From Octopus sinensis (Eukaryota), in assembly GCF_006345805.1 (NCBI RefSeq), contig NC_043008.1, forward strand, positions 18,972,001 through 19,036,000: 64,000 nt of DNA, in the 5' to 3' direction. Shown piece by piece: positions 27,353 through 38,910 of the stretch. The translations under genes and the position numbers were made by a program. Position 1 is the stretch's first letter; each line of letters starts with the position of its first letter. The notes under the pieces were generated by a model. That model made no database searches. It saw nothing but the letters and a program-made list of their open reading frames with translations, and was not told the DNA's origin.

Positions 27353-28251
27353 CTGCAAGTAAACAGGGTAAAAGTGACACTTCATTTCGTTCTTATTGCC
27401 GAGGGTGATGGTAGTCGTAATAGTAAAATTATAGAACTGGGGGAGGGAAGTAGGGAGGTCATCATGGTATTGTCGTCACGGTGATACGTGATTATCGTAG
27501 TGGCGGTCATGTTGCAGTCGTTGTATAAGTGGTGTTACTTGTCTTGTATTAGTCGTTGTCATATGGTGTTGGTTGTCGCTGTAGCCGTTAATATTACACA
27601 CATTACATACAAGGTACATTAATCCTGGTTGTGGCCTTTATCGTAACGATGGGTTCATAACAGCAATAAAAAAACATGAATAGCCTTCAACCAGATGATT
27701 TTAGAACAAAACGCTATCGACACAATTAATTCCCTCGACATTATACAAACCGTAAATAGATAGTATTAGCTATCAGCCCTTCAGGAAACTCAGTGAAAGA
27801 CTACTAGACATAAAGAAATCTCCATCCATCAACTCTCTCTATAATTAAGAACTTACTGAAGAATATTATCATATGCTTTATAAGCTTATGCTTAAATCTG
27901 GCATCTTTTACGCGATTGTCATAATATTATGACACACTGATGTTAAGCAGAAGGATAAAATACAGTGCACATAACACACAACTAATAACCCTGGTCTCAT
28001 AAACAACGTTGTGCAAGAGGCTATGGTACCTTTCACAATCAGTCCTTACCAACAAGCTTTTGTGTTAACCTTCAAAAACAGCATAAAATATTAGGAAGTT
28101 ACCAGAACAAAAGTTAAACTAGGTTACAGATGCAAGCCTCATCTCACATCAAATATAGCAAATATCAATAAGGAAAAGCCCTATAACAGCACCAATACAC
28201 TCCGCACATGCAACTTTATTTAACGCTCAGGAAAGGAAAGAAAGAAGGAGG

Positions 28252-28286
28252 ATTTAACGTTTCGAGCCGAGCTCTTCGTCAGAAAC
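28252..28286 (-). ncRNA. Minimal hammerhead-like motif (extra A after the core) in a short Penelope-like repeat
   Basis: Minus strand: gttt-CTGACGA-A-GAGC(tcg)GCTC-GAAA-CG-TT|aaat. Helix III is reduced to the ACGT palindrome. Confidence 0.6.
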
Positions 28287-28382
28287 ATAGGAAAAGGAAA
28301 GATCCAAGGAAGGGAAGACGGAAGGGAAAAAAGCGCCAACGGTGCACACGCGGTCACACTTTGAATATACACGCATATATAT

Positions 28383-28449
<67 letters not shown>

Positions 28450-28469
28450 AGTTCAGCAAAATTTAGATT

Positions 28470-29400
28470 CAGACGAATATGGTACTTAAGTCAAAGGCAC
28501 CAGAATTTTGTATGGTATTATCCATATAATCCATGTGATTACAATCAAAATAAGCAACAAGTATATCCGAGGTAATGTGGTACAATCGTTTCATGCTACT
28601 TCATTTTATTAAACACTGTAAGCATTACATCAGTTTTAAAATGTCGAGCAATTTTCAGCACCCTATAGAAATTTTCCAATCAAACGGACAATGCACATTC
28701 CTTATCCCTATTTAGTTTGCCAACATTATAAATAGAGTAGATATACAGACAGAGAGGTTGATTTCATTCTTAAGAACATGATAGTATTAAATCTACTCTC
28801 TGACTGTAGATGTTAACTTTGTTGTTTAGATCTGTGAGTGGGGAGGAGGATTTTATTTTTGGTTGGATGGAGACAAAGAATTTTTCTATTTATAGATATA
28901 GGAAGGGGTAGAACAAATGTCAAAAGCAATAAATCTATTTCCATTCTGAGGGACCCAGCCCAGATACATTTGAATGCACTAAGCAAAAAGCTAGTATGTT
29001 GAAGTTAGAGGGTAGGGAAGATAGACTATTAATGCACTAGAGGTTATAATGTCTACTACCATTTGACATCCAGATTCCATATTAAGACATTAAAATAAAT
29101 ATACTTTAGACAATTTTCTCTTTTAAGTAATTCAATAGTGAAAGACTTTATATCATATAGAAAAACTTTTAAATACTATCATAAATATTATTCCAAAAAT
29201 CACTAAATTAAATAAACATTAAATTGACTACGCGCGTTTCGTGACTATATCTTTAAATCGATAGTAATAAAATCGATACTATTAAAATTAATTCGATTTG
29301 AAAATATAGCCACTCTTCAGGTCTAAAAAATAAAATAAATGCATGTATCTTAACATATAATAAATAAATATAGAAATATACGTCTCTTAACTATAAATAA
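28470..29400 (-). mobile_element. Decayed Penelope-like region with hammerhead(s)
   Basis: Intact hammerhead at 29226-29323 and a decayed one near 28575-28635 (GAAACGATTGTA|CCAC; core CTGATGT). The intervening sequence has no open frame. Confidence 0.4.
29226..29323 (-). ncRNA. Type I hammerhead ribozyme motif (intact core, long stem II)
   Basis: Minus strand: gac-CTGAAGA-GTGGCTATAT...ATATAGTCAC-GAAA-C(GCGC)G-TA|gtc. Palindromic GCGC loop III as in Penelope-type minimal hammerheads. Confidence 0.82.
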
Positions 29401-29555
29401 TCGAATATAATACAACAATATTAATGAAAAATAAATCATAACTTATCTTATTGATTATGTCATTTTGCAACATACTCAGAGATGTTATATTTTGAGCCAA
29501 GGGACAAGGTACATAACTTAATTATATACATATATTTTATATATATATACATATG

Positions 29556-29795
29556 ATATTCGTAGCCACTTTACAATAGCTATCAGTTCGAAAGGACTCT
29601 ACTGCGATTTTTTTAACTCCAAAAGGACGTCTCTAGCTGGTTAACGATGCACATTTGCATATGATAATTTGCGAGCAAATTATTGGATGCAGATGTGCAT
29701 CATTAACCAGCTAGCAGACATGTCCTCTTGGGGTTAAAAAAAATCGCAGTAGAGTCCGTTCGAACGGACAGCTATGTTGAAATGGCTACGAATAT
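29556..29795. repeat. Near-perfect 240-bp palindrome (2-nt loop)
   Basis: Arms 29556-29672 and 29675-29795 (ataatttgc-ga-gcaaattat at the centre), with scattered mismatches. Confidence 0.85.
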
Positions 29796-29945
29796 TATTT
29801 GTCACAATTACTGCGTTGATCTCTTAAGATTTTAGAAATATATATATATATATGCATGTATGTACGTATGATATATATATGCATGTATGTATATATATAT
29901 GTATATATATATATATATATATGCATGTATATATATATGTATGTA

Positions 29946-29984
<39 letters not shown>

Positions 29985-30139
29985 AATTATATGTATTATA
30001 TATTACATATATATATATATATATACAGATATATATGTATATTACATATTACATATATATACATATATACATACACACGCACACACACATATATATATAT
30101 ATATACACATACACATCAATTTCATTAGCTTAATGCATT

Positions 30140-30260
30140 CGCAATGCTTTGATTGGCTCGCGGCTATAGCAGAAGACACTTGTCTCAGATTTCACGCAGT
30201 GGAACTGAACCTGAAACTATGTGGTTGGGAACCAAACGTCTAACTACGCAGCCTCGCATA
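30140..30260 (-). mobile_element. SINE S2 head fragment
   Basis: gctatagcagaagacacttg...actgaacctgaaactatgtggttggg. Confidence 0.6.
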
Positions 30261-30299
30261 CACCTGATAATACATCATTCAAAGAAAATGGTTACATAC

Positions 30300-30428
30300 G
30301 TTTAATATCTTTGTCTCCATATTAATAACAGTATTCACATCAATGAGATCCTGGAACCCTTCAACTAAGTTCTGAAATTGCTCTTTGTTTGTCTGGTTTC
30401 GCTTGAGAATAGGATTGATCCACGAAAA
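30300..30428 (-). CDS. M13 peptidase exon
   Basis: Acceptor ttattttcgacAG, donor GTatgt, phase 0/0. Encodes FSWINPILKRNQTNKEQFQNLVEGFQDLIDVNTVINMETKILN, resembling vi.fE.kla. Confidence 0.75.
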
Positions 30429-30538
30429 CTGTCGAAAATAAATCAGAGATAATAACGATTTAAAAGCAACACAAAAAATGTTTGGTACAAAAGCTTCGGG
30501 CTCACCACAGAATTTTTGGTAGAATTCGACAAAGAGAA

Positions 30539-31803
30539 ACTTAGAATATATAGCAAACCCACCTTAGTTGCTGAGTGAATATTTAATGTTACCTTCTTGA
30601 CTCATACAGATTCATAAACTTAGAATTTGTAGCAAACCTACTTCAGTTGCTGCGTGAATATTTAATGTTACCTTCTTGACTCATACAGATTCATAAACTT
30701 AGAATTTGTAGCAAACCCACTTCAGTTGCTGCGTGAATATTTAATGTTACCTTCTTGACTCATACAGATTCATAAACTTAGAATTTGTAGCAAACCCACT
30801 ACAGTTGCTGCGTGAATATTTAATGTTACCTTCTTGACTCATACAGATTCATAAACTTAGAATTTGTAGCAAACCCACTTCAGTTGCTGAGTGAATATTT
30901 AAAGTTACCACCTTGACTCATACAGATTCATAAACTTAGAATTTGTAGCAAACCCACCTCAGTTGCTGCGTGAATATTTAAAGTTACCTTCTTGACTCAT
31001 ACAGATTCATAAACTTGGATTTTATAGCAAACCCACTTTAGTTGCTGAGTGAATATTTAATGTTACCTTCTTGACTCATACAGATTCATAAACTTAGAAT
31101 TTATAGCAAACCCACTTCAGTTGCTGCGTGAATATTTAATGTTACCTTCTTGACTCATTCAGACTCATAAACTTAGAATTTGTAGCAAACCCACCTCAGT
31201 TGCTGAGTGAATATTTAATGTTACCTTCTTGACTCATACAGACTCATAAACTTAGAATTTGTAGCAAACCCACTTCAGTTGCTGCGTGAATATTTAATGT
31301 TACCTTCTTGACTCATACAGACTCATAAACTTAGAATTTATAGCAAACCCACTTCAGTTGCTGCGTGAATATTTAATGTTACCTTCTTGACTCATTCAGA
31401 CTCATAAACTTAGAATTTGTAGCAAACCCACCTCAGTTGCTGAGTGAATATTTACTGTTACCTTCTTGACTCATACAGACTCATAAACTTAGAATTTATA
31501 GCAAATCCACTTTAGTTGCTGTGTGAATATTTAATGTTACCTTCTTGACTCATCCAGACTCATAAACTTAGAATTTATAGCAAACCCACTTTAGTTGCTG
31601 CGTGAATATTTAAAGTTACCTTCTTGACTCATCCAGACTCATAAACTTAGAATTTATAGCAAATCCACTTCAGTTGCTGAGTGAATATTTAAAGTTACCT
31701 TCTTGACTCATTCAGACTCATAAACTTAGAATTTATAGCAAACCCACTACAGTTGCTGCGTGAATATTTAATGTTACCTTCTTGACTCATTCAGACTCAT
31801 AAA
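30539..31803. repeat. Minisatellite, 16 x 79 bp
   Basis: Unit aacttagaatttrtagcaaacccacttcagttgctgmgtgaatatttaatgttaccttcttgactcatacagaytcata; period 79 checked at 30601/30680/30759. No spacers. Confidence 0.95.
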
Positions 31804-31858
31804 GATTGATAGATAGATAGATAGATAGATAGAGAGAGAGGAGAGAGAGGAGAGAAAG

Positions 31859-32225
<367 letters not shown>

Positions 32226-32227
32226 GT

Positions 32228-32304
<77 letters not shown>

Positions 32305-32305
<1 letters not shown>

Positions 32306-32470
32306 CAACGGGCCTCCACAGAGTTTCCACCAACCAAATTTACTCTGAAAGCATCGGTCGGCCCGGGACCACAAGAGAAGATACTTGACCAAGGTGCTAC
32401 CCAGCGGAGCTGAACCCAAAACCGTATGATTGCAAAGTGACTTTGATACCCGGGTACCCATACCTGCGCC
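32305..32470 (-). mobile_element. SINE S2 head fragment
   Basis: gtcggcccgggaccacaagagaagatacttgaccaagg...cctgcgcc. Confidence 0.6.
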
Positions 32471-32529
32471 TTCGTTACAAAACAATAAAAATCGTACAAC
32501 AGAGACGACGAAATCTATTCAATACTCAC

Positions 32530-32690
32530 ATAAATTTTAATTATGGAACTATTCTTCGTGTCTTGAGTAACAGTTATTGGTGCCAGGCCTCTTCCACCAT
32601 ATAAACTTAAAAGTTTGATCATGTCATTATCAATATACCTATTAAAGGTGTTGGTAATTACATTTGTTATATTTAATTGTTCAATCGAAT
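32530..32690 (-). CDS. M13 peptidase exon
   Basis: Acceptor atttttttcAG, donor GTgagt, phase 1/0. Encodes (Y)SIEQLNITNVITNTFNRYIDNDMIKLLSLYGGRGLAPITVTQDTKNSSIIKIY, including the D.KNS motif. Confidence 0.85.
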
Positions 32691-32712
32691 CTGAAAAAAT
32701 GTATTAAGATAT

Positions 32713-32774
<62 letters not shown>

Positions 32775-32776
<2 letters not shown>

Positions 32777-33240
32777 GATGGGCTACAGCAAATATTCTGC
32801 TCAATACCTCAGATTTGCTTGTCAGTTGTTTGACCTTAACCAGTTGAGCATGTTCCTTAGTGGCTGACGATATGTGCATCTCTGATCACGAGCAGAAGTA
32901 GTGGGGGAGCATCATAGCCATGTGTTGAGAGGGATTCTTTTTGGTTTGAATAGTTCACCTCTGGAAACATGGGTGGTTCTTTCAACATCCTTAAACAACC
33001 CTTATTCAGGGACCATTTGAGCGGGATGGGCTACTCAACCTGAAGAAAATTCTAACTGGGTCCCACCTGCAAGGTCATGTGCTGTTTATCTTGATATGAG
33101 ATCACCATGTCGCGCACATATGGTTGTGATGCATGTGCCTGGTGTACCTTTATCAGACGGGTAGTCATGATGGGTATATTGGGCTTCGTATATTTTACCC
33201 CAGTGTCACTTTGATGGCATGAACTGCTCTCTCACACAAT
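32775..33240 (+). mobile_element. Common interspersed repeat (probable LINE 3' UTR or SINE) between two (TAA)n tracts
   Basis: Fragments recur at 42440-42477 plus 43151-43290 (split by the RTE insertion) and inverted at 59092-59120. Confidence 0.6.
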
Positions 33241-33250
33241 AATAATAATA

Positions 33251-33269
<19 letters not shown>

Positions 33270-33281
<12 letters not shown>

Positions 33282-33752
33282 AAAGAGCAGACAAAAAGGA
33301 TGTGTTTATTAATTAACATGAGTATTCCATGTGATCACAATATAGCGGCGAAAGAATTTGACAAGATTAGTAAATACAAAAACCTGCTAATAGAAATTGA
33401 AAAAATGTGGCATCTCAAGGCGACTACAGTACCAGTGATTGTAGGATCTCTAGGAATGATAAAAAAAAAAAAGGTACTGAAACCTATTTGAAAATGATTC
33501 CAGGCTTACCCTCCCTACAGGAAGTGCAAAAAATCGTATTAACTGGAACGGCTCATGTACTGAGAAGAGCACTATCGCTGTGAAAATAACATCCGTCCAT
33601 GAATTTATTTATTTATCAATTTTTGAATACATATTTTATCTGTGAATTTGCGCATGTAATCTGGGAATGCATACAATGCCCTTCTCTGCCCTAGGTTTAT
33701 GGAAAACACTCGGCGAGAAACGGAAGAAAATTTGAAGAAAGAAGGAAAAAAC

Positions 33753-33755
<3 letters not shown>
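33270..33755 (+). mobile_element. 3' end of a family-A R4/Dong-like element in (TAA)n
   Basis: MCLLINMSIPCDHNIAAKEFDKISKYKNLLIEIEKMWHLKATTVPVIVGSLG; 3' UTR ends ctcggcgagaaacggaagaaaatttgaag before (AAT)n. Confidence 0.85.
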
Positions 33756-33791
<36 letters not shown>

Positions 33792-33849
33792 TAATAATAA
33801 TAATAATAATAATAATGATGATGATGATGATGATGATAATAATTAATAT

Positions 33850-34420
33850 TTCATTTATTAGCCACTAGGGCCGACATATTGAGGACGATGCAGGAGACAA
33901 GGACAGTGGGGACTTTACACAAAAAACGAGTACACAGTTAAAATAACGATGAAATCCAACAAAAGAATATAACAATGGAAGTTCCCCAATAGGTGGGGGG
34001 TAACCACCTGGAGTTGGCCCTGGTACCCCACCAATTCTGAACCACTCGACGCTTCGAGGGCATCTCGGAAGAGCACCCTTCTCTCTCTCAAATTCACTAG
34101 CCTACAGACGCATTATCAGAGTAGGTCCACTCACACGAGCCATTTTCGCTACACTCACACACCTTTTAGCAAATGTACAGCGAGGCAGCACTTCTCTCTC
34201 CACCCCAATCTTCCTTTCCAGGTGAAATTTGGAAAAGTTGGTGAGGGATTGATTGGCCGAAGAGAAAAGTGTTTCTCTTCAGTCCTTTCGACCTAGTCCT
34301 CCATACAACCTCTTTCACTACTGCTATCAGACAGAGGAAAATTGCCTGTCCTTCCAGACTGATGGAAGGCGGCGGATCGATCTTCACTATGGACTCGGCC
34401 GATAGCAGGATCCGTGCTAC
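33850..34420 (-). mobile_element. L1/Tx1-like LINE 3' end
   Basis: AIFLCLIAVVKEVVWRTRSKGLKRNTFLFGQS; the 3' tail ...gtggctaataaatgaa abuts an (AAT)n/(GAT)n tract. Confidence 0.6.
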
Positions 34421-34424
34421 ATAG

Positions 34425-34640
34425 AAGGCTATATATACAACGTATCGAAGGTGGTAGAGGCCCCGTACAGCTAGAAAACTATTACAATATAATCACCATA
34501 GGACTACAGAAATACCCACTTCAGAAGCAAGGAAAACTATTACAAATAGCCACAAAACACGAACAAAGCAAAGAAATCTGTTTCAGTCTTTAAGGAAGCT
34601 GACAAATACAAGGAAGAAGTCATAGTACCTAACAACTATG
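34425..34640 (+). mobile_element. Internal fragment of a family-B R4/Dong-like element
   Basis: Similar to the reverse complement of 57280-57490 (RIEGGRG..QLENYY..TIGLQKY...FKEADKYK). Confidence 0.7.
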
Positions 34641-34700
<60 letters not shown>

Positions 34701-34907
34701 ATTGAGTAGTTGAATGAATTATCTTATTATGGATAATTCGGTTAACCGATACATGGGTAGCAAATTCACGTCAGAAAAACACGGTTGAAGCTACATGCCT
34801 AGGGCAGAGATCACGTGCTATCGTGTGGAAATTTGTGTGTATTTTTTAAATACAAATAAATGAAAGAATGGTGTTGAACGACGAATTAACAAAATTCCTT
34901 TATTTTA

Positions 34908-34990
34908 TTTTCGACATATGTTTCGAAGGCTGCATATTCCTAATTTCAAAGGAATAAGGGGTGCATTATGCCGCCTTCTCATCAGGAAAA
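34908..34990 (-). ncRNA. Type I hammerhead ribozyme motif, left arm of palindrome
   Basis: Minus strand: ttttc-CTGATGA-GAAGGC...GCCTTC-GAAA-C(ATAT)G-TC|gaaaa. 5-bp stem I, extended stem II, GUC triplet. Confidence 0.87.
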
Positions 34991-35093
34991 GTAAGGAACT
35001 TATGTCAGCATCAAGATGCACAAAACTTTTGCCCACACGGAGCCCATAGCGATAAAATTTTTGTGCATCTTGATGCTGACATAAGTTCCTTAC

Positions 35094-35176
35094 TTTTCCT
35101 GATGAGAAGGCGGCATAATGCACCCCTTACTCCTTCGAAATTAGGAATATGCAGCCTTCGAAACATATGTCGAAAA
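35094..35176 (+). ncRNA. Type I hammerhead ribozyme motif, right arm of palindrome
   Basis: ttttc-CTGATGA-GAAGGC...GCCTTC-GAAA-C(ATAT)G-TC|gaaaa. Predicted cut after 35171. Confidence 0.87.
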
Positions 35177-35222
35177 TAAAACAAAGGAATTTTGTTAATT
35201 CGTCGTTCAACTCCATTCTTTC

Positions 35223-35283
<61 letters not shown>

Positions 35284-35379
35284 TAAGCCAAACAAGAAAA
35301 CACAAAAAAATACAACAACGCGAGGACGTGGAACAAATATAGTATTATTGGACGCTCAGGAAAGAAGGGAAGAAGGAGG

Positions 35380-35414
35380 GTTTAACGTTTCGAGCGGAGC
35401 TCTTCGTCGGAAAC
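35380..35414 (-). ncRNA. Minimal hammerhead-like motif, U4C variant
   Basis: Minus strand: gttt-CCGACGA-A-GAGC(tcc)GCTC-GAAA-CG-TT|aaac. Same repeat family as 28252-28286. Confidence 0.5.
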
Positions 35415-35561
35415 ATAGGAGAAGGAAAGATCCCGAGAAGGGAAGACAGAGGAAAAAAATCGCCAACGGTACACACGAGGTCACATATATATATATAAAC
35501 TTGTCTGTGATTGTAAGTGTAAGAGAGAGAAAAGAGAGCGGCAGAGAGATAAGCTACGTAC

Positions 35562-35642
35562 AGATATCATCACAGGAATGAAATAGGGTCTTCGCTTGTT
35601 TTATTGATGTCAGTATATCCTCATAAGTTCCTTCCAGCAAAT
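35562..35642 (-). CDS. M13 peptidase exon
   Basis: Long pyrimidine tract ttttttctctctcttcAG, donor GTacgt, phase 1/1. Encodes (D)LLEGTYEDILTSIKQAKTLFHSCDDI, matching lLE...KAk.fY.SC. Confidence 0.88.
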
Positions 35643-36299
35643 CTGAAGAGAGAGAAAAAATAAATAAATAATTAGGCGTAGAAATGTAGGCAGGGTAAGC
35701 CCCTTGTCACTCATCATTTTTTTTTTTTTTTTTTGGTACGAAGTTTTATTGGAGAATACACGTCAAGTGTGGGAACATCGTCTTTTTTTTTTGCGATCTT
35801 TCGTTTTGACTCGAAAAATGTAAACGATGAATTCGGTAGTTGACATATCGAAATGGGAAGAGAAAGCTAATGGATTGTGCGTGCGTGCTTGTTCTTGTTT
35901 GTGTTGTGTGCGTATGTGCGTGTGTGCGTGCGTGCGTGCTTCTTCATTTGTGTGTGTGTGTGTGTGTGTGTGTCTGTGTGTGTGTGTGTATGTGTGTGTG
36001 TGTGTGTACCTGTTCTGTTTTTATGTATTTGTGTGTTGTGGAATGTAGATATAAAGAAATTGCGCCAACAATGTCACATTTTAAACTTGAAGGAAAAAAA
36101 GGCCTTGCATATTTCTTCTTATCTGCTTTCATGTATGTATGTAAAATCCGTAAATTTCCAAGCAGAAAATAGAAGACAAGAACGCCGTGTCAACTATAGT
36201 AGTCCATGTGGTTGTTTTTTGGGGGTTTTTTTTCAATCACTAAAGAGCAGAAATATTTCAACATGCATGGAGACAGTGGGAGACTATACAACACAAACA

Positions 36300-36304
36300 A
36301 CGTG

Positions 36305-36377
<73 letters not shown>

Positions 36378-36472
36378 CAGCAGCAGCAGCAGTAGTAGTA
36401 AGTAGTAGTAGTAGTAGTAGTAGTAGTAGCACCAGCAGCAGAAGTAGTAGCACCAGAAGTAGTAGTAGTAGT

Positions 36473-36543
<71 letters not shown>
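36300..36543. repeat. (AGT)n/(AGC)n microsatellite
   Basis: Direct reading of the sequence. Confidence 0.9.
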
Positions 36544-37399
36544 GAAGATCTTCCAAGGGACAAATGGAGGAATGCGTGTGCCAGGTTCCAGATCCGGTTT
36601 TGAGGCCGCGTGATGGAAGCTGGACGCTGGTTACTTGGAGTAAACTGTTATCACTCACCCATAACCTCGTTGATTTTCTATTTTTTATATTTTTTCTTAA
36701 TTTTGATTTTTTCAAAATACTTTTACTTTTTCGACGGGTTATTGCGCTTTCTTTTCCTTTAATACAAACAGTCAAATTTATCCCGATATATGTGTATACG
36801 TTTTGCCCGTATGCTTCTGAGCAAAGACATTTTGTATGGCATTTGTCCCATCAGTTTTGCACAACGCTTTCTTAAACGAGGAACATTCCAGAGGTTTTTT
36901 CAGACAAATTCGCTGGGGATATTTCCTTTCTGGAGAGCCGGAAATGGTTCTCTAGAAACTGCTGGACATATTCGTTTTAAAAACTATAAAAACAGTAGAA
37001 ATTGACAGAGCACTGGACCAAATAAATATCTTACAATGAATAGTATCTAGTCTTTTTTCTCCTCATCCCGAGTTCAAATTCGGCCAGAGTCGATTTTGTC
37101 TCTCGTCCTTCTATGATTAATAAGTTGCGTATGTGGCCATATTCGATTGCCACATTTAATTACCTATATTTGAGCTTTGGACACAAATACATTTCCTTAT
37201 AATATATGCAAGTTATGAAATTATATGTTTCGTTTTCTTTGCAAACTGAAACAGGTTTTGCAGAGCTTTGCAGAGGCTCATACAGCTAAAGCTTGTTGTT
37301 CCACGGTCCATGTTGCCTTGTTGACACCTTGGAGGTATTTCTGCCAGACATGATAATATACTTCTGTGTAAAATTTAATCCTTATAAACCTACTCTCTC

Positions 37400-37644
37400 T
37401 TTTACCCTTTTACTTGTTTCAGTCATTTGACTGTGACCATGCTGGAGCACCGCCTTTAGTCGAGAAAATCGACCCCAGGATTTATTCATTGTAAGCCTAG
37501 TACTTATTCTATCGGTCTCTTTTTTGCCGAACCGCTAGGTTACGGGGACGTAAACACAGCAGCATCCGTTGTCAAGCGATGTTGGCGGGGGAACAAACAC
37601 AGACACACAAACATATACACACACATACATACATACATACATAT

Positions 37645-37716
<72 letters not shown>

Positions 37717-37878
37717 GACGGGATTCTTTCAGTTTCCGTCTATCAAATCTACTCACAAGGCTTTGGTCAGACCGAGGCTATAGTAGAAGACACTTGCCCA
37801 AGGTGTCACACAATGGGACTGAACCTGGAACCTTGTGGTTCGTAAGCAAGCTACTTACCACACAGTCACTCCTACGCC
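37400..37878 (-). mobile_element. SINE S2 full copy
   Basis: Tail ttttacttgtttcagtc through head cagtcactcctacgcc; internal (TA)n. Confidence 0.85.
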
Positions 37879-38260
37879 TATTGATATTTTTTTTACATCT
37901 ATCACCCCATTTTGGCCACCCCATTATCATCCTACTTTTCTTTAACATATCCCACCACTGGATCTTTCTACCGCCCGTAAGTGGGCAGTACTGCCCACTT
38001 TGAAAACCACAGAATTAAACCACTGTTAGCTGTAAGCACATTCGCATCCTTATACCTTTGAATTACAGAACTTGTAGTGATTGCCATTTACGGATTGGTT
38101 CACTGCAATATTGAGAATTAAGTGTCTTGAATATGAACCAAATTCGAATACAGTGATGGTAATGTAACCCGCCGGTTGTATTTTCGTTACTGTATCGACG
38201 AGGTTGTCAACAGTTCTTCATTTCACGAAAAGAAAAGCCAAAATATCTTCCAAGACTTAC

Positions 38261-38422
38261 CTCTCAGACGTTCGTCAAGAATATCTCTAAGACTCAAAAA
38301 GACTCCAGCAGCATTGTCCCTCGGTGAGATTTCATGTGTTGCTATCCAATTTCCACAGGAATGTTCATAGAAATCGTCGCAAGGATTCACAGATGTGTTC
38401 CTTGAATTTAGAATCATGGCAG
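38261..38422 (-). CDS. M13 peptidase exon, start of the Peptidase_M13_N domain
   Basis: Acceptor ttattttccAG, donor GTaagt, phase 1/1. Encodes AMILNSRNTSVNPCDDFYEHSCGNWIATHEISPRDNAAGVFLSLRDILDERLR; PCDDFY..CG.W is the M13 family signature. Confidence 0.92.
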
Positions 38423-38698
38423 CTGGAAAATAATTGAATAATTATTCTAAAGTGACAGTGGTTTTTGTGTTGGTAGAATCGGTAGAGCAAGGGACAAAGA
38501 ACCAAGAGGTTCTATTACAATTCTTTAAACAGGTCTTTGATCATAGGCATGCTGGGTCAGGGTTGACTTGAAGATAAACAAAAGCAATGACAAACAAGGT
38601 TCTCTGTGTAGAGATGTGTAGCTTTGAAAGATCTCATTTCGAATTGCCATATACTTTTTGGGCGTGGTGAAATGATTATGGGGTATACATACATAAAT

Positions 38699-38729
<31 letters not shown>

Positions 38730-38850
38730 CGCGCGTGTGTGTGTGCGTGTGTGTGTGTGTGCGTGTGTGTGTGTGTGTGTGCAACAGTGGAAATGTACAC
38801 AAGTGAGTCAAAGTGTCAAAGTCTACTTCTGTATACATATAACCATATGA

Positions 38851-38903
<53 letters not shown>

Positions 38904-38910
<7 letters not shown>

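Larger units (their letters stand above)
34856..35228. mobile_element. Palindromic Penelope-like element with ~170-bp inverted arms, each carrying a hammerhead
   Basis: Arms ~34856-35028 and ~35056-35228 are near-perfect reverse complements (the ORF track shows the same peptide on both strands). Ends in (TA)n. Confidence 0.8.

Noticed and set aside
30539-31803. 79-bp array as a CRISPR locus
   Set aside because: Units are contiguous with no unique spacers, there are no cas genes, and the context is eukaryotic.
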